From an uncultured Ignavibacteriales bacterium (GTDB lineage Bacteria; Bacteroidota; Ignavibacteria; Ignavibacteriales; Ignavibacteriaceae), in contig CALLZX010000305.1 of assembly GCA_937858935.1 (NCBI GenBank), positions 8,208-72,207 of the forward strand: DNA of 64,000 nt, in the 5' to 3' direction. Positions 49,321 to 58,207 of the stretch are shown piece by piece. Position numbers and translations under genes: made by a program. The notes below the pieces were generated by a model. It saw nothing but the letters and a program-made list of their open reading frames with translations. It did not search any database and was not told where the DNA came from. How positions within the stretch are numbered: position 1 is the stretch's first letter; each line of letters starts with the position of its first letter.

Positions 49321-52300
49321 TTAATACTTTGATAAAAATATCTTTTCTAAAGATTCCATCATTTTTTCTTTAAAGATTGGTTTTGAAATAAAATCATCAA
49401 ATCCGGCAGCAATAAACTTTTCCTTATCACCTGGTAGAACGTAAGCTGTTACTGCAATAATTGGAATTGAACTAAATGCAGGCATAGTTTTAATGATTTT
49501 TAAAGCATCTAGACCGTTATACTCGCCCTGTAAATTTATGTCCATCACAATAAAATCAAACTGATGGTTTAGTAAAAGAAGTTGAGCTTCTTCAAAACTG
49601 ACCGCAAACTTAACATCATTAAGTCCTTTCATCTGGACTTTAAAAAGTATCTGTGAATCGACCTGGTCCTCTATATAAAGACAGTTAAGTTTTGTTAAAT
49701 CAAGTGATTGAGATGGTTTAACATCTTGAACATCATCAGATTCAGAAGCTAATTCATCTTTTATAGCTTCCGAAAGGTTTCCATGTACATCAGTTTCATT
49801 AGAATCATAATCAATATTGCTATGCTCTTCAGTTTTTTTCTGGTTCAACATTTCATAGGTTTGTATTTCTTGCTGAATTGAATCATCTTGAATGTTCTTT
49901 TGGTCAGTAAGTTTTGAGAGTAATTCTTGCGCTACTGGTGGAACGGCTTTAAATACATCGGCTGACTCATCGATTTTAGATTCAAGAGAAACATCATTTA
50001 TAGTATCTATGTCATTGTTCGGTAATATTATTTTTTCAGAATATTCAGGAAACTCCTCTTTATCTGATTCAGGAATATCAAATTCACGGGCTCTCAAATT
50101 ATCAGATAACTGAAGTAAAGAAATTGTCTCTTGTACTGATTCAAATCTTTGTGTTTCTGAACCGGCCGTGAAAGTAATTGGAAAAATAAACCCTGTTTCA
50201 TTTCGAACTGTAGCCGAAGAGGATTTATAAAACTTTCCATCTAAATAGTGCATAAGAATTCTTGCTAAATATGTTGTTAACTTAGGCAAACCAAAATCCT
50301 TTGGATCTTTATCGTTAGCAAAAATTTGCTCCAGAACATTTGCAACATATTCTGAAGGATTGCCATACTGATCGCTGATACCAATAAGAAAGGAATCAGC
50401 ATCAACCGGAAAAGCAGAGAAATAAACTTTTTTATCCTTGCTTAATCTTGAAACAACTTTGATTAAGGACAGAATAAAGTTTTCAAATTTTTGTTTATCA
50501 GATTTAAACTTTAAGGATGAAGATATTTTGCCGTACGAAAATTGAATATCATTAATCCCCGTTATGTCTTTTATGTTGTCATCCAATTTTTCGATAACAT
50601 CGGTTATAGTAATATCTTCAACCTTTAATGGGGATTTATTTTGCATTATATCTGAATACTCAACAACAGCATTCATAGTATCCATCATCTTAATGCGGTT
50701 CTGATTAATTATTTCAGAGGCTTCTAATTGTTCTTCAGTCGGATTTTCGGTGCTGCTTATCAACTCCTGAGAAAAACCAATAATCACATTAATTGGAGTT
50801 AAAATCTCATGAAACATTCCGGAAAGAAAATTTGAATCGGGAATAATAGTTTTATGTTGAGTAACGCTTGGTTTTTCAATAATAACTTCTTTTACAACCT
50901 CTTTAATAACTTCTTTAACTATTTCTTTTGGTTCTTCTGAACTTAATTTTACTGATAATGGTTTTACTATAACTGTGAAGGAATCTATTTCGCCATCAAA
51001 ATCAAGAATTGGAGAAGCAGAAATTTCTGCATCAAAATGATTACCAAGTGAATCCTTAAATTTTGATTCTAAAACTACTGGGTCTTTAAGATGAGATTGA
51101 AAGATGGTAGTATTAACAATTCCTCGATCATCATCAGCAACAAGACTTGCAAAGGACGATTGAAGTATTTCCTCATTTGAATAACCAAGACTCTTTGTTA
51201 CATTTTGATTAATATATGTTATAAATCCGGAGGAGTCGGTACTAAAGATCATCAAATCAGATTCATTAAAAATAATCTTAAGCATCTGATGTTGTTTTTC
51301 TTTTTCAATACTGTCCGAGATATCTTTTACTATATTGAAATGTGCTTCCTTATCGTTAAACTTAAATGAAGTTTTACTTATCTCAACAAGAACATTTGAA
51401 CCGTCTTTTCTTCTGTGTCTGAATGGTTTACTGAATCTTGCTTCCGACGCTTCGTCTCCAAAGGAATCTAATAAGGTCTGAATATCTTCAGGTGCATAAA
51501 GATCTGTAAGATCCATTTGAAGGAATTCTTCACGGCTGTAACCGTATAGCTTAATAGCTGCATTGTTTACTTCAAGAAATTTTAAATTTTCTTTATCATA
51601 AACAAATATTGGCTCCGGATTTCTTTGAATTAAAATATCGAACATTGTTCCTCTATGCATTAAAATATTTTGGAGTTCGTTTTCAGAATTTTTAATTTCA
51701 TTCTGTGCTTCAATCGTTATAAAAACGTTTGATTTATTTTTTCCTAAATTTAATATTTTTACAAGTAACAATTGAAAATTAACTTGTAAAGAATCAACCG
51801 AATTTTGATTTTTTGTTATTTGAACAAATTCTTCTGTTTTATCACTCTTAACAAATGAATTGATTTGATTAACAATACTTAGTGGAAATATTTCATCAAT
51901 TATCTTATCAGTTATCTCTTTCGTCTTAAAATTAAAGAATTCATTAAATTTTTCATTTATTCCCTTTACAACTCCATCAGAAGTTATGTATGCTGAAGGC
52001 CTGGGAAAACTATTTACCAAAGCACTAAAGAATTCTTCTTCTCCCCAAAAGTTACAATAATCATACATATTATCAACAATTAGACCAACCATTACAATTA
52101 TTTTATTAAAATTGTCTACAAGTGGTATCTGAATAATGCTCTGGATTACTTCAAAATTTTTAACTTTTTTGCTAAATCCTTCTAAAATTATTTGCTGCGT
52201 ATTAAGTATAACATACTGATCCAGCATTTTATAAATTGCTTTTTGATGAGGCGGTAAAAATGTCTCATGTTTTTTGCCGGCTGCAAAAGAAGTTTCAATT

Positions 52301-52893
52301 CCTAAAATACTTGCATATGAATTATTAACCGCAATTAGTTTACTCTCAATATCTTTAATCCAGATAGGATGGTCGTAATGATCAATTAAATTTTGAACTC
52401 TTTTAAAGGATATAATTGTAAAAGGTGCCAACTTTTGTAATTCGGATATGAGTGCCTTTCCAGGATTGTCTTTATCAGATAAGAAATTTTTGACTGAACT
52501 AATTTTTATTTTACTTAAAAGATGATCTGAATTAATATTCTCTGTACTTCTAAATACCAAAATCACATTTACATTTTCATCTGCTTGGATAGGTTCTACA
52601 GCTAAATCGAATACTACACCATCTCCTGATTTTAAATTAATTAATGTGTTTTTAAAAATATTTTTTTGGAAAGCATTCAAAACAGGCCCGATAAAATCAC
52701 TTATTTCCTGAACAGTTTGTTTTTCAAAAACCTGATCTAAAGAAATATGGTAATCATCAATAGTAAATAACGCGGAAGCTTTTTGATTTGTAAAAATAAT
52801 TTCAAAAGATTCATCTAAAATTATAAGTGGATCACCATGATAATCGGCATTTCTACCTAGAATATCGAGCCACTCTTTATTTTTTATTTCCAC
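49321..52893 (-). CDS. Multi-PAS signalling protein with HisKA-like H-box, degenerate HATPase-like region, acidic linker and C-terminal receiver domain
   Basis: 1190 aa. Several PAS-like modules. H-box 'MFHEILTPINVIIGF'. The expected N/G1/G2 boxes read 'SLIKVV', 'ISDQYGN', 'DFGLPKL'. REC 'FDFIVMDINLQGEYNG...IPIIAVTAY...FDDFISKP'. Confidence 0.75.
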   Translation of the reverse strand: MEIKNKEWLDILGRNADYHGDPLIILDESFEIIFTNQKASALFTIDDYHISLDQVFEKQTVQEISDFIGPVLNAFQKNIFKNTLINLKSGDGVVFDLAVEPIQADENVNVILVFRSTENINSDHLLSKIKISSVKNFLSDKDNPGKALISELQKLAPFTIISFKRVQNLIDHYDHPIWIKDIESKLIAVNNSYASILGIETSFAAGKKHETFLPPHQKAIYKMLDQYVILNTQQIILEGFSKKVKNFEVIQSIIQIPLVDNFNKIIVMVGLIVDNMYDYCNFWGEEEFFSALVNSFPRPSAYITSDGVVKGINEKFNEFFNFKTKEITDKIIDEIFPLSIVNQINSFVKSDKTEEFVQITKNQNSVDSLQVNFQLLLVKILNLGKNKSNVFITIEAQNEIKNSENELQNILMHRGTMFDILIQRNPEPIFVYDKENLKFLEVNNAAIKLYGYSREEFLQMDLTDLYAPEDIQTLLDSFGDEASEARFSKPFRHRRKDGSNVLVEISKTSFKFNDKEAHFNIVKDISDSIEKEKQHQMLKIIFNESDLMIFSTDSSGFITYINQNVTKSLGYSNEEILQSSFASLVADDDRGIVNTTIFQSHLKDPVVLESKFKDSLGNHFDAEISASPILDFDGEIDSFTVIVKPLSVKLSSEEPKEIVKEVIKEVVKEVIIEKPSVTQHKTIIPDSNFLSGMFHEILTPINVIIGFSQELISSTENPTEEQLEASEIINQNRIKMMDTMNAVVEYSDIMQNKSPLKVEDITITDVIEKLDDNIKDITGINDIQFSYGKISSSLKFKSDKQKFENFILSLIKVVSRLSKDKKVYFSAFPVDADSFLIGISDQYGNPSEYVANVLEQIFANDKDPKDFGLPKLTTYLARILMHYLDGKFYKSSSATVRNETGFIFPITFTAGSETQRFESVQETISLLQLSDNLRAREFDIPESDKEEFPEYSEKIILPNNDIDTINDVSLESKIDESADVFKAVPPVAQELLSKLTDQKNIQDDSIQQEIQTYEMLNQKKTEEHSNIDYDSNETDVHGNLSEAIKDELASESDDVQDVKPSQSLDLTKLNCLYIEDQVDSQILFKVQMKGLNDVKFAVSFEEAQLLLLNHQFDFIVMDINLQGEYNGLDALKIIKTMPAFSSIPIIAVTAYVLPGDKEKFIAAGFDDFISKPIFKEKMMESLEKIFLSKY

Positions 52894-52911
52894 CTTTTGA
52901 AAACCACTTCG

Positions 52912-54180
52912 TTAAAATGTTGAAATTGTAACTTCATTGGAATATTCTGAATATCGATTTAAATCATATCCTCTGATTCTATATGTGTAAACATTATTAG
53001 TTTCAACATTAAAATCCAGATAAAGATTTACATCTGCATCAATTCTTCGCAAGAGAGTGTAAGAACTTAAATCGGTTTTTCTTTCTATGTCAAAATACAA
53101 AATATTATTGTCCGAACTATTCCAATTTAATTGAATAACTCTAACAGAACTATTGTATATTGCTGTAAGATTTGTTGGAGGAAGCAAAATTCCTGAAGTG
53201 ATTTTAATACTTACAGTATTACTCATTGCCGAGTCTTCATTACTGTATGCTACAACTCTGTATTGATAAGTTGAACCTCTAATTAGGCCGTTTCCGGAAT
53301 CTTTAAATGTTGTAGTATTTTTTGTCAACGCAGCAATACGATTAAAAAATCCATCTGATGAGCTTCTTTGAACAGCAAAATAATTTTCATTATCACTATT
53401 ATCTTTCCAATTCAAAAGGACATTTGATATTCCCGAAACATTTGCTGAAAGATTAGTTGGAGGTAAAATATTCCCTGATGAAATTATTCCGGCAGTATTT
53501 ATTTCACCGCTAAATTCTGAAAACCCTGAAATCTTAAATCCACGTACTTTATAAAAATAAATATTAGTCGTATCAAGGTTATTGTCATTAGTATTATTGG
53601 ATTTTCCAGTAAGTTCTTGATGTAAAAAATACTCTCCATCAAGATTTACCTTTCGCCAAAGCTCATATTTTTCAACATAACGTGAAGTATCTTTCCAACT
53701 AATATTAACTGATCCATCATTGAATTTTAGTAAAGCTAGGTTATATGGCTTGAATGGGATTCTATTATCATTCGTTACCAGCAATTCTGTTACAGTATTA
53801 CTTTTTTGCGATGTACCATCTGTATCATAATAAATCAAATACAAATTCATCTTTTGACCGATTAAAGTAGAATCAAGTTGGAAATTTATCGGCGGCGCAG
53901 TACCGTTACTATTGGGCGGGATATTTTTGACAAATGTACTATTAACATATAATTCAAGAAATTTTATAGAGTAGGGTTGTGTAATGGAATAAACAATTTC
54001 ATTATTACCTTCCATCAAAGTTCCATCAGAAGATGGTGATATGATTTGAATTTTCAAATTTGATGGGATTGAATTCTGATTTGGATCAGAACTAAGATCT
54101 GCACAAGACTGTGAAATAATTACTAAGATTACTATTAAAATCGAAAAGGTAATGTCTTTTTTTAAAAACCATTTTTTCAT
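52912..54180 (-). CDS. Lipoprotein with three fibronectin type III repeats
   Basis: 422 aa. Lipobox-like 'VIISQSCADL'. Three FN3-like units, each ending in a Y.Y+V/R..G/Y...S.FS/YS pattern ('IYFYKVRGFKISGFSEFS', 'YQYRVVAYSNEDSAMS', 'YTYRIRGYDLNRYSEYS'). Confidence 0.7.
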   Translation of the reverse strand: MKKWFLKKDITFSILIVILVIISQSCADLSSDPNQNSIPSNLKIQIISPSSDGTLMEGNNEIVYSITQPYSIKFLELYVNSTFVKNIPPNSNGTAPPINFQLDSTLIGQKMNLYLIYYDTDGTSQKSNTVTELLVTNDNRIPFKPYNLALLKFNDGSVNISWKDTSRYVEKYELWRKVNLDGEYFLHQELTGKSNNTNDNNLDTTNIYFYKVRGFKISGFSEFSGEINTAGIISSGNILPPTNLSANVSGISNVLLNWKDNSDNENYFAVQRSSSDGFFNRIAALTKNTTTFKDSGNGLIRGSTYQYRVVAYSNEDSAMSNTVSIKITSGILLPPTNLTAIYNSSVRVIQLNWNSSDNNILYFDIERKTDLSSYTLLRRIDADVNLYLDFNVETNNVYTYRIRGYDLNRYSEYSNEVTISTF

Positions 54181-54212
54181 TTTTTATCTAATCCTAATTA
54201 CAAATAATCTAT

Positions 54213-55835
54213 CTATTCAAGCGTGAAGTTAAACTTAATTTTATTCAAAGAATTCGGAAGAATTTTATCTAATTTGATTCTAATTCCGCCAGCAGTATCA
54301 TCAAAATAATATTCTAATAACGATTTATTAAGTGATATAGTTAAAGTTTTTCTGTCAATATCCTGAGCAAAGTTTAGAAAAACATTTAGATCACTAACCA
54401 ATAAAGGATTTTTATTATTTAACCATATTTCAATTTCATTATCTGATATATTTTTAATCTCACAAGTTATTCTCTCTCTAACACTCCACCATCTATTTAT
54501 CGTTGGTAGTGTAGTAAAATTAAATTTGAGTGATCTGATTTTATTAATCTTTTCCAGTAATTCATCTTCAGGATTAACTTCGCAATTAATTTTAGGATTG
54601 TAATTCAAAAAATTAATTACATTTATAGAAAATGGAAGTTCGTTAGACTTTACGAATGGAATTAATAACAAATCTTTATTATAATATTTGGGGAGTCCAG
54701 GAGCTTGTTCAGTATAAAGTATTTCAGTTATTCCGGCAGCGCTTATTAGACCTAAATCTATGTTTTCTAAAGCTTGTTCTTTGACAAGAAGTGTAGATAG
54801 TTCAACTCCATAGTCTCGATTAAAGTTTTCTATTAATTCAATTACGTTGTTAGAAGTATAATGATCAATTCCTGATAAATCAAAAATGATTTCATCAAAC
54901 GCGAATTTGGTTAAAATCTCTTTTGAAACTTCCAGATCAGAATTTACAATAAGATTAGGTCTGATCTCATTATTCTGCAAAACATCAATCAGTTCAGATT
55001 CAAGAGCATTATTGTATTGAAGCGAAACTATTACTGGAGAAGATATACTATCATAAAATACATCAATATAAATATCCGGATCTTTATCCATCCAACTTAT
55101 AGTATTCAAAACGAGTTTTTTAAATGCAGCTAAATCTTCTTTGCCTCCAATAACATCATTTAAATCAAATCCTGTAAACAGGAATTTTCCCTTTCCATTA
55201 GATCCATAAACAATTGAAGAATTTGAGGAATCATAACTACTTTTATCAAAATAAAATCCGGCTGAGGCTACTTTGTTTTCGATCAAATCACAAATTAATC
55301 CCTGGTTCTTATTTGAAATCTGCAGAATCAATTCATCATCAATATTAAAATGATTCAAATGATTTGGTAAGAGAGAATGGAAATAGCTTATATTTTCTGA
55401 TGATACAGTTTCAATATTCTTTAATCCCAAAAGTGTTTTGAGATTCTGGTATTCTATTATACTGCTTTCTTGAAACATTAATTTTGATCCAGAGCTGATA
55501 ATAGAATTTCCACTCACTAAGAATTTTTGTAGAACTTCCATCTGAACAAATGAGATGAAGTTTATAGAAGGTAAAATCAATATATCATACTCTTCATCAA
55601 TACCGGATTCAAGATCATGATCATAAATAACTGAGTAAGGGATTTGTTCTTGCATTAGAAACAATTCCCATGAAGTTATCACCTCCATAACTTTATTGGA
55701 GTTAGCATCGATATTATTTTCGGTTAATTCCGAATATAGAATTGCGATTCTTGGCTGAGCATAGATCAGACCCTGAGAAATTAAAACTCCGAATAGAATG
55801 ATTAGAATTGAAAATATTTTAAAATGATGATACAA
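54213..55835 (-). CDS. Exported protein, paralogue of the upstream 632-aa protein (GATase1-like N-domain + NodB-like degenerate domain)
   Basis: 540 aa with a signal peptide. 'RIAILYSELTEN...YDILILPS...LQKFLVSGNSIISSGS' and 'GKGKFLFTGFDLNDVIGGKED...NTISWM' align by eye with 55858-57756. Confidence 0.5.
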   Translation of the reverse strand: MYHHFKIFSILIILFGVLISQGLIYAQPRIAILYSELTENNIDANSNKVMEVITSWELFLMQEQIPYSVIYDHDLESGIDEEYDILILPSINFISFVQMEVLQKFLVSGNSIISSGSKLMFQESSIIEYQNLKTLLGLKNIETVSSENISYFHSLLPNHLNHFNIDDELILQISNKNQGLICDLIENKVASAGFYFDKSSYDSSNSSIVYGSNGKGKFLFTGFDLNDVIGGKEDLAAFKKLVLNTISWMDKDPDIYIDVFYDSISSPVIVSLQYNNALESELIDVLQNNEIRPNLIVNSDLEVSKEILTKFAFDEIIFDLSGIDHYTSNNVIELIENFNRDYGVELSTLLVKEQALENIDLGLISAAGITEILYTEQAPGLPKYYNKDLLLIPFVKSNELPFSINVINFLNYNPKINCEVNPEDELLEKINKIRSLKFNFTTLPTINRWWSVRERITCEIKNISDNEIEIWLNNKNPLLVSDLNVFLNFAQDIDRKTLTISLNKSLLEYYFDDTAGGIRIKLDKILPNSLNKIKFNFTLE

Positions 55836-55857
55836 TTTTACTTTATTAGTTTTATAG

Positions 55858-57756
55858 TTAGAAGTTTACCTGATCGTAATCGATATAATATTGCCTGGAT
55901 TCACCCGGTTTCAAATCATCTATATACAAATAAACCATTTGCGAGCCTGCTGTATGTTTTACACTTGCAGTTTTAGTTCCAATAATTTCTGAACCAATTG
56001 TGATGTTTTGTGCATAATCATTTAGATCAAGATCAATAACTAAATTATTAATAGACTCGATTCCAGGATTTGAAACTTTTAATGCAACACGAGTTTTGCC
56101 TCTTCGATCAGCTTTGATTTCAATATAATCTCTTTTTTCATACCACTTTTGAATTTCGGTTGCAGTTGCAATCCAGAATTTTTTCTTTTTTAAATCTTTA
56201 AGCACATCTCTTAATACATTTGCGTAATCACTTCTGCATTGATACTCTGTGTGAAGTTTTAAAATATACATACCACCTTCAAAAAGAACACGATCTAAAT
56301 CTTCCTGATAAGTGTAGAACTGAAATTCAGGTAATGTCAATCCAAAATCTCTAATAATTTCATAATCATCACGAGCTGTCTTTGTCATCGTAACAATTCG
56401 CTTATCTCCGCGAATTATCGTTTTAGGGACAGAACGATCTGTGAGTGAATCAGTAAGTACATATTTATAGTTGGAATTAATAACTGCATTTAAAGTATTC
56501 TGATCAAACAAACCATAATAAGGTAAAAAGCCTGAAACACTGCTTGATGAAATTTTTTCAAGTTTTTCTTTTGCAGAATTTAGCTTTTGTAGTTGTTCTG
56601 CATACGAATTTAGTTTATTAAACTTATCATTGATTGAGGTCAAATAACCAATATCAACTAAGGCAGCTATTTCTCCATAAGATGAAATTTTTCTAATCAG
56701 CTCTTTATTATTCTCCGCGATTGTCGGATCAACAAAAAAAGTTGCAGAAATTCCTTCGTTTTTCATAATCGGTAAAATATTATTGATGTTATTGACATCA
56801 TTTGTGAGCACCGGAGCCACAATAGCTGCAGCTTCATATCCTGTTGGCCAATCTCGTACATATGCAATAGGAAAATACATAAGCCATTTTATGGAGTTAT
56901 TAAAAAGCCTTTCAAAATAAATGTAATCTTCCTGCACACCGATTATGGAATTCAATTCAAATCCCATCCACATAAATCTACCTTTACCAAAATTTCCATA
57001 AGCAATTCCAGCAGATTTTTTAATTTCTTCACGAACCAATCCGTCATCCATTCGGTAATTGTACCAGAAGCTAACTTGAGTTGTTCTTGGATCAAGTACT
57101 TCAACCGCCATTGGTCTATCCCATGTAGCTATCTTCAAAGGAAATCCGGTTGGAATATTTGCAGTAATCGGCAAACTACCGCAGATAGTATGAATTTTTG
57201 AAAACTCATCAGGTTTTAATTCGTGAGAGAATTGCACACCAAAAACCTGGTTAATAAATTCCCATCCACGCCATTTGCCATCGTTAGAATATGAACCGAT
57301 TCCACCTGTAGCAAAAACACTTCCACCATTCTCCAGATATTTTTTTAATTGCAAGGCTTCTTTTTCACTTAAAGATTTTGTACCTGGTAATACAATCAAC
57401 TTGTATTTTTTATAATCACCATTTTCAATTTTTTGATCTGAGATTATTTCATACTTAAGATTTAGATTATCAAGAAATTTTTTCCAGGTGGAAATATTAT
57501 CATTCAACCAGGTGCTTCCAACGGGTAAAGTATTTTCAGTGTACTTGGAATAAAGAATTGCAACTTCTGGCTCTTTACCGAATAAAAAGTCTTCAATAAT
57601 ATTAGAATTGGGAAGAATTTCTGAAGTGTCAAATCGGCCATAGATGCCGCGAAGGATAAAATAATAAATAAGAATCGCTGAAATGATTATTACGATGCCT
57701 GAAAAAAAGAAAAAAAATTGATTTATCCTTATACCAAATAATTTCTTTACCGCCAC
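55858..57756 (-). CDS. Membrane-anchored protein with GATase1-like domain and polysaccharide-deacetylase (NodB)-like domain lacking the canonical metal/catalytic motifs
   Basis: 632 aa. TM 'FFFFFSGIVIIISAILIYYFIL'. 'EVAILYSKYTEN...YKLIVLPGTKSL...LKKYLENGGSVFATGG'. NodB-like 'AAAIVAPVLTNDVN...GISATFFVDP...YGEIAALVDIGY'. Confidence 0.55.
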   Translation of the reverse strand: MAVKKLFGIRINQFFFFFSGIVIIISAILIYYFILRGIYGRFDTSEILPNSNIIEDFLFGKEPEVAILYSKYTENTLPVGSTWLNDNISTWKKFLDNLNLKYEIISDQKIENGDYKKYKLIVLPGTKSLSEKEALQLKKYLENGGSVFATGGIGSYSNDGKWRGWEFINQVFGVQFSHELKPDEFSKIHTICGSLPITANIPTGFPLKIATWDRPMAVEVLDPRTTQVSFWYNYRMDDGLVREEIKKSAGIAYGNFGKGRFMWMGFELNSIIGVQEDYIYFERLFNNSIKWLMYFPIAYVRDWPTGYEAAAIVAPVLTNDVNNINNILPIMKNEGISATFFVDPTIAENNKELIRKISSYGEIAALVDIGYLTSINDKFNKLNSYAEQLQKLNSAKEKLEKISSSSVSGFLPYYGLFDQNTLNAVINSNYKYVLTDSLTDRSVPKTIIRGDKRIVTMTKTARDDYEIIRDFGLTLPEFQFYTYQEDLDRVLFEGGMYILKLHTEYQCRSDYANVLRDVLKDLKKKKFWIATATEIQKWYEKRDYIEIKADRRGKTRVALKVSNPGIESINNLVIDLDLNDYAQNITIGSEIIGTKTASVKHTAGSQMVYLYIDDLKPGESRQYYIDYDQVNF

Positions 57757-58199
57757 TTCACTTCCCCTGAATTTCTATCTTCCTGAGTAGGTATATACCC
57801 ATCAGAAGTGTATTTCAGGAATTTATTTTCATCACTAAATCGTTCTTGCGGTCTTACACGAACCTTTTGCTTTTCTACTTTTTCTTCATCGACTTTATAT
57901 CCGCGCGGTTCAGGTGTATATTTTGATTGTGATGGTTGGCGCTGCTTAGTGTATTCCTCTCTAGTAATTCCCGGCTCAACAGTTTTTATCTGTCCCCGTT
58001 CTTCCAAAGTTGAATCTTTTGTATAAATTGCTTCAGATGGAACTACTAGTTCACCTTGCACAGATGCAGGTTTGGTTTGATATGCATATTGTGATTTTCC
58101 TTCACGAACCTTGTAAAGGATATACGCCCCGATTGCCAATATGAACGTGCATATTGTTGCGACAAGAATAATAGTAGATAGTATCGGGATAAGTTCCAT
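57747..58199 (-). CDS. Small single-pass membrane protein with charged, low-complexity tail
   Basis: 150 aa. TM 'LIPILSTIILVATICTFILAIGAYILY', then a K/E/R/Q/P-rich tail. Lies 8 nt after the GT2 gene and overlaps the next gene by 10 nt. Confidence 0.5.
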   Translation of the reverse strand: MELIPILSTIILVATICTFILAIGAYILYKVREGKSQYAYQTKPASVQGELVVPSEAIYTKDSTLEERGQIKTVEPGITREEYTKQRQPSQSKYTPEPRGYKVDEEKVEKQKVRVRPQERFSDENKFLKYTSDGYIPTQEDRNSGEVKWR

Positions 58200-58207
58200 T
58201 TAATTTC

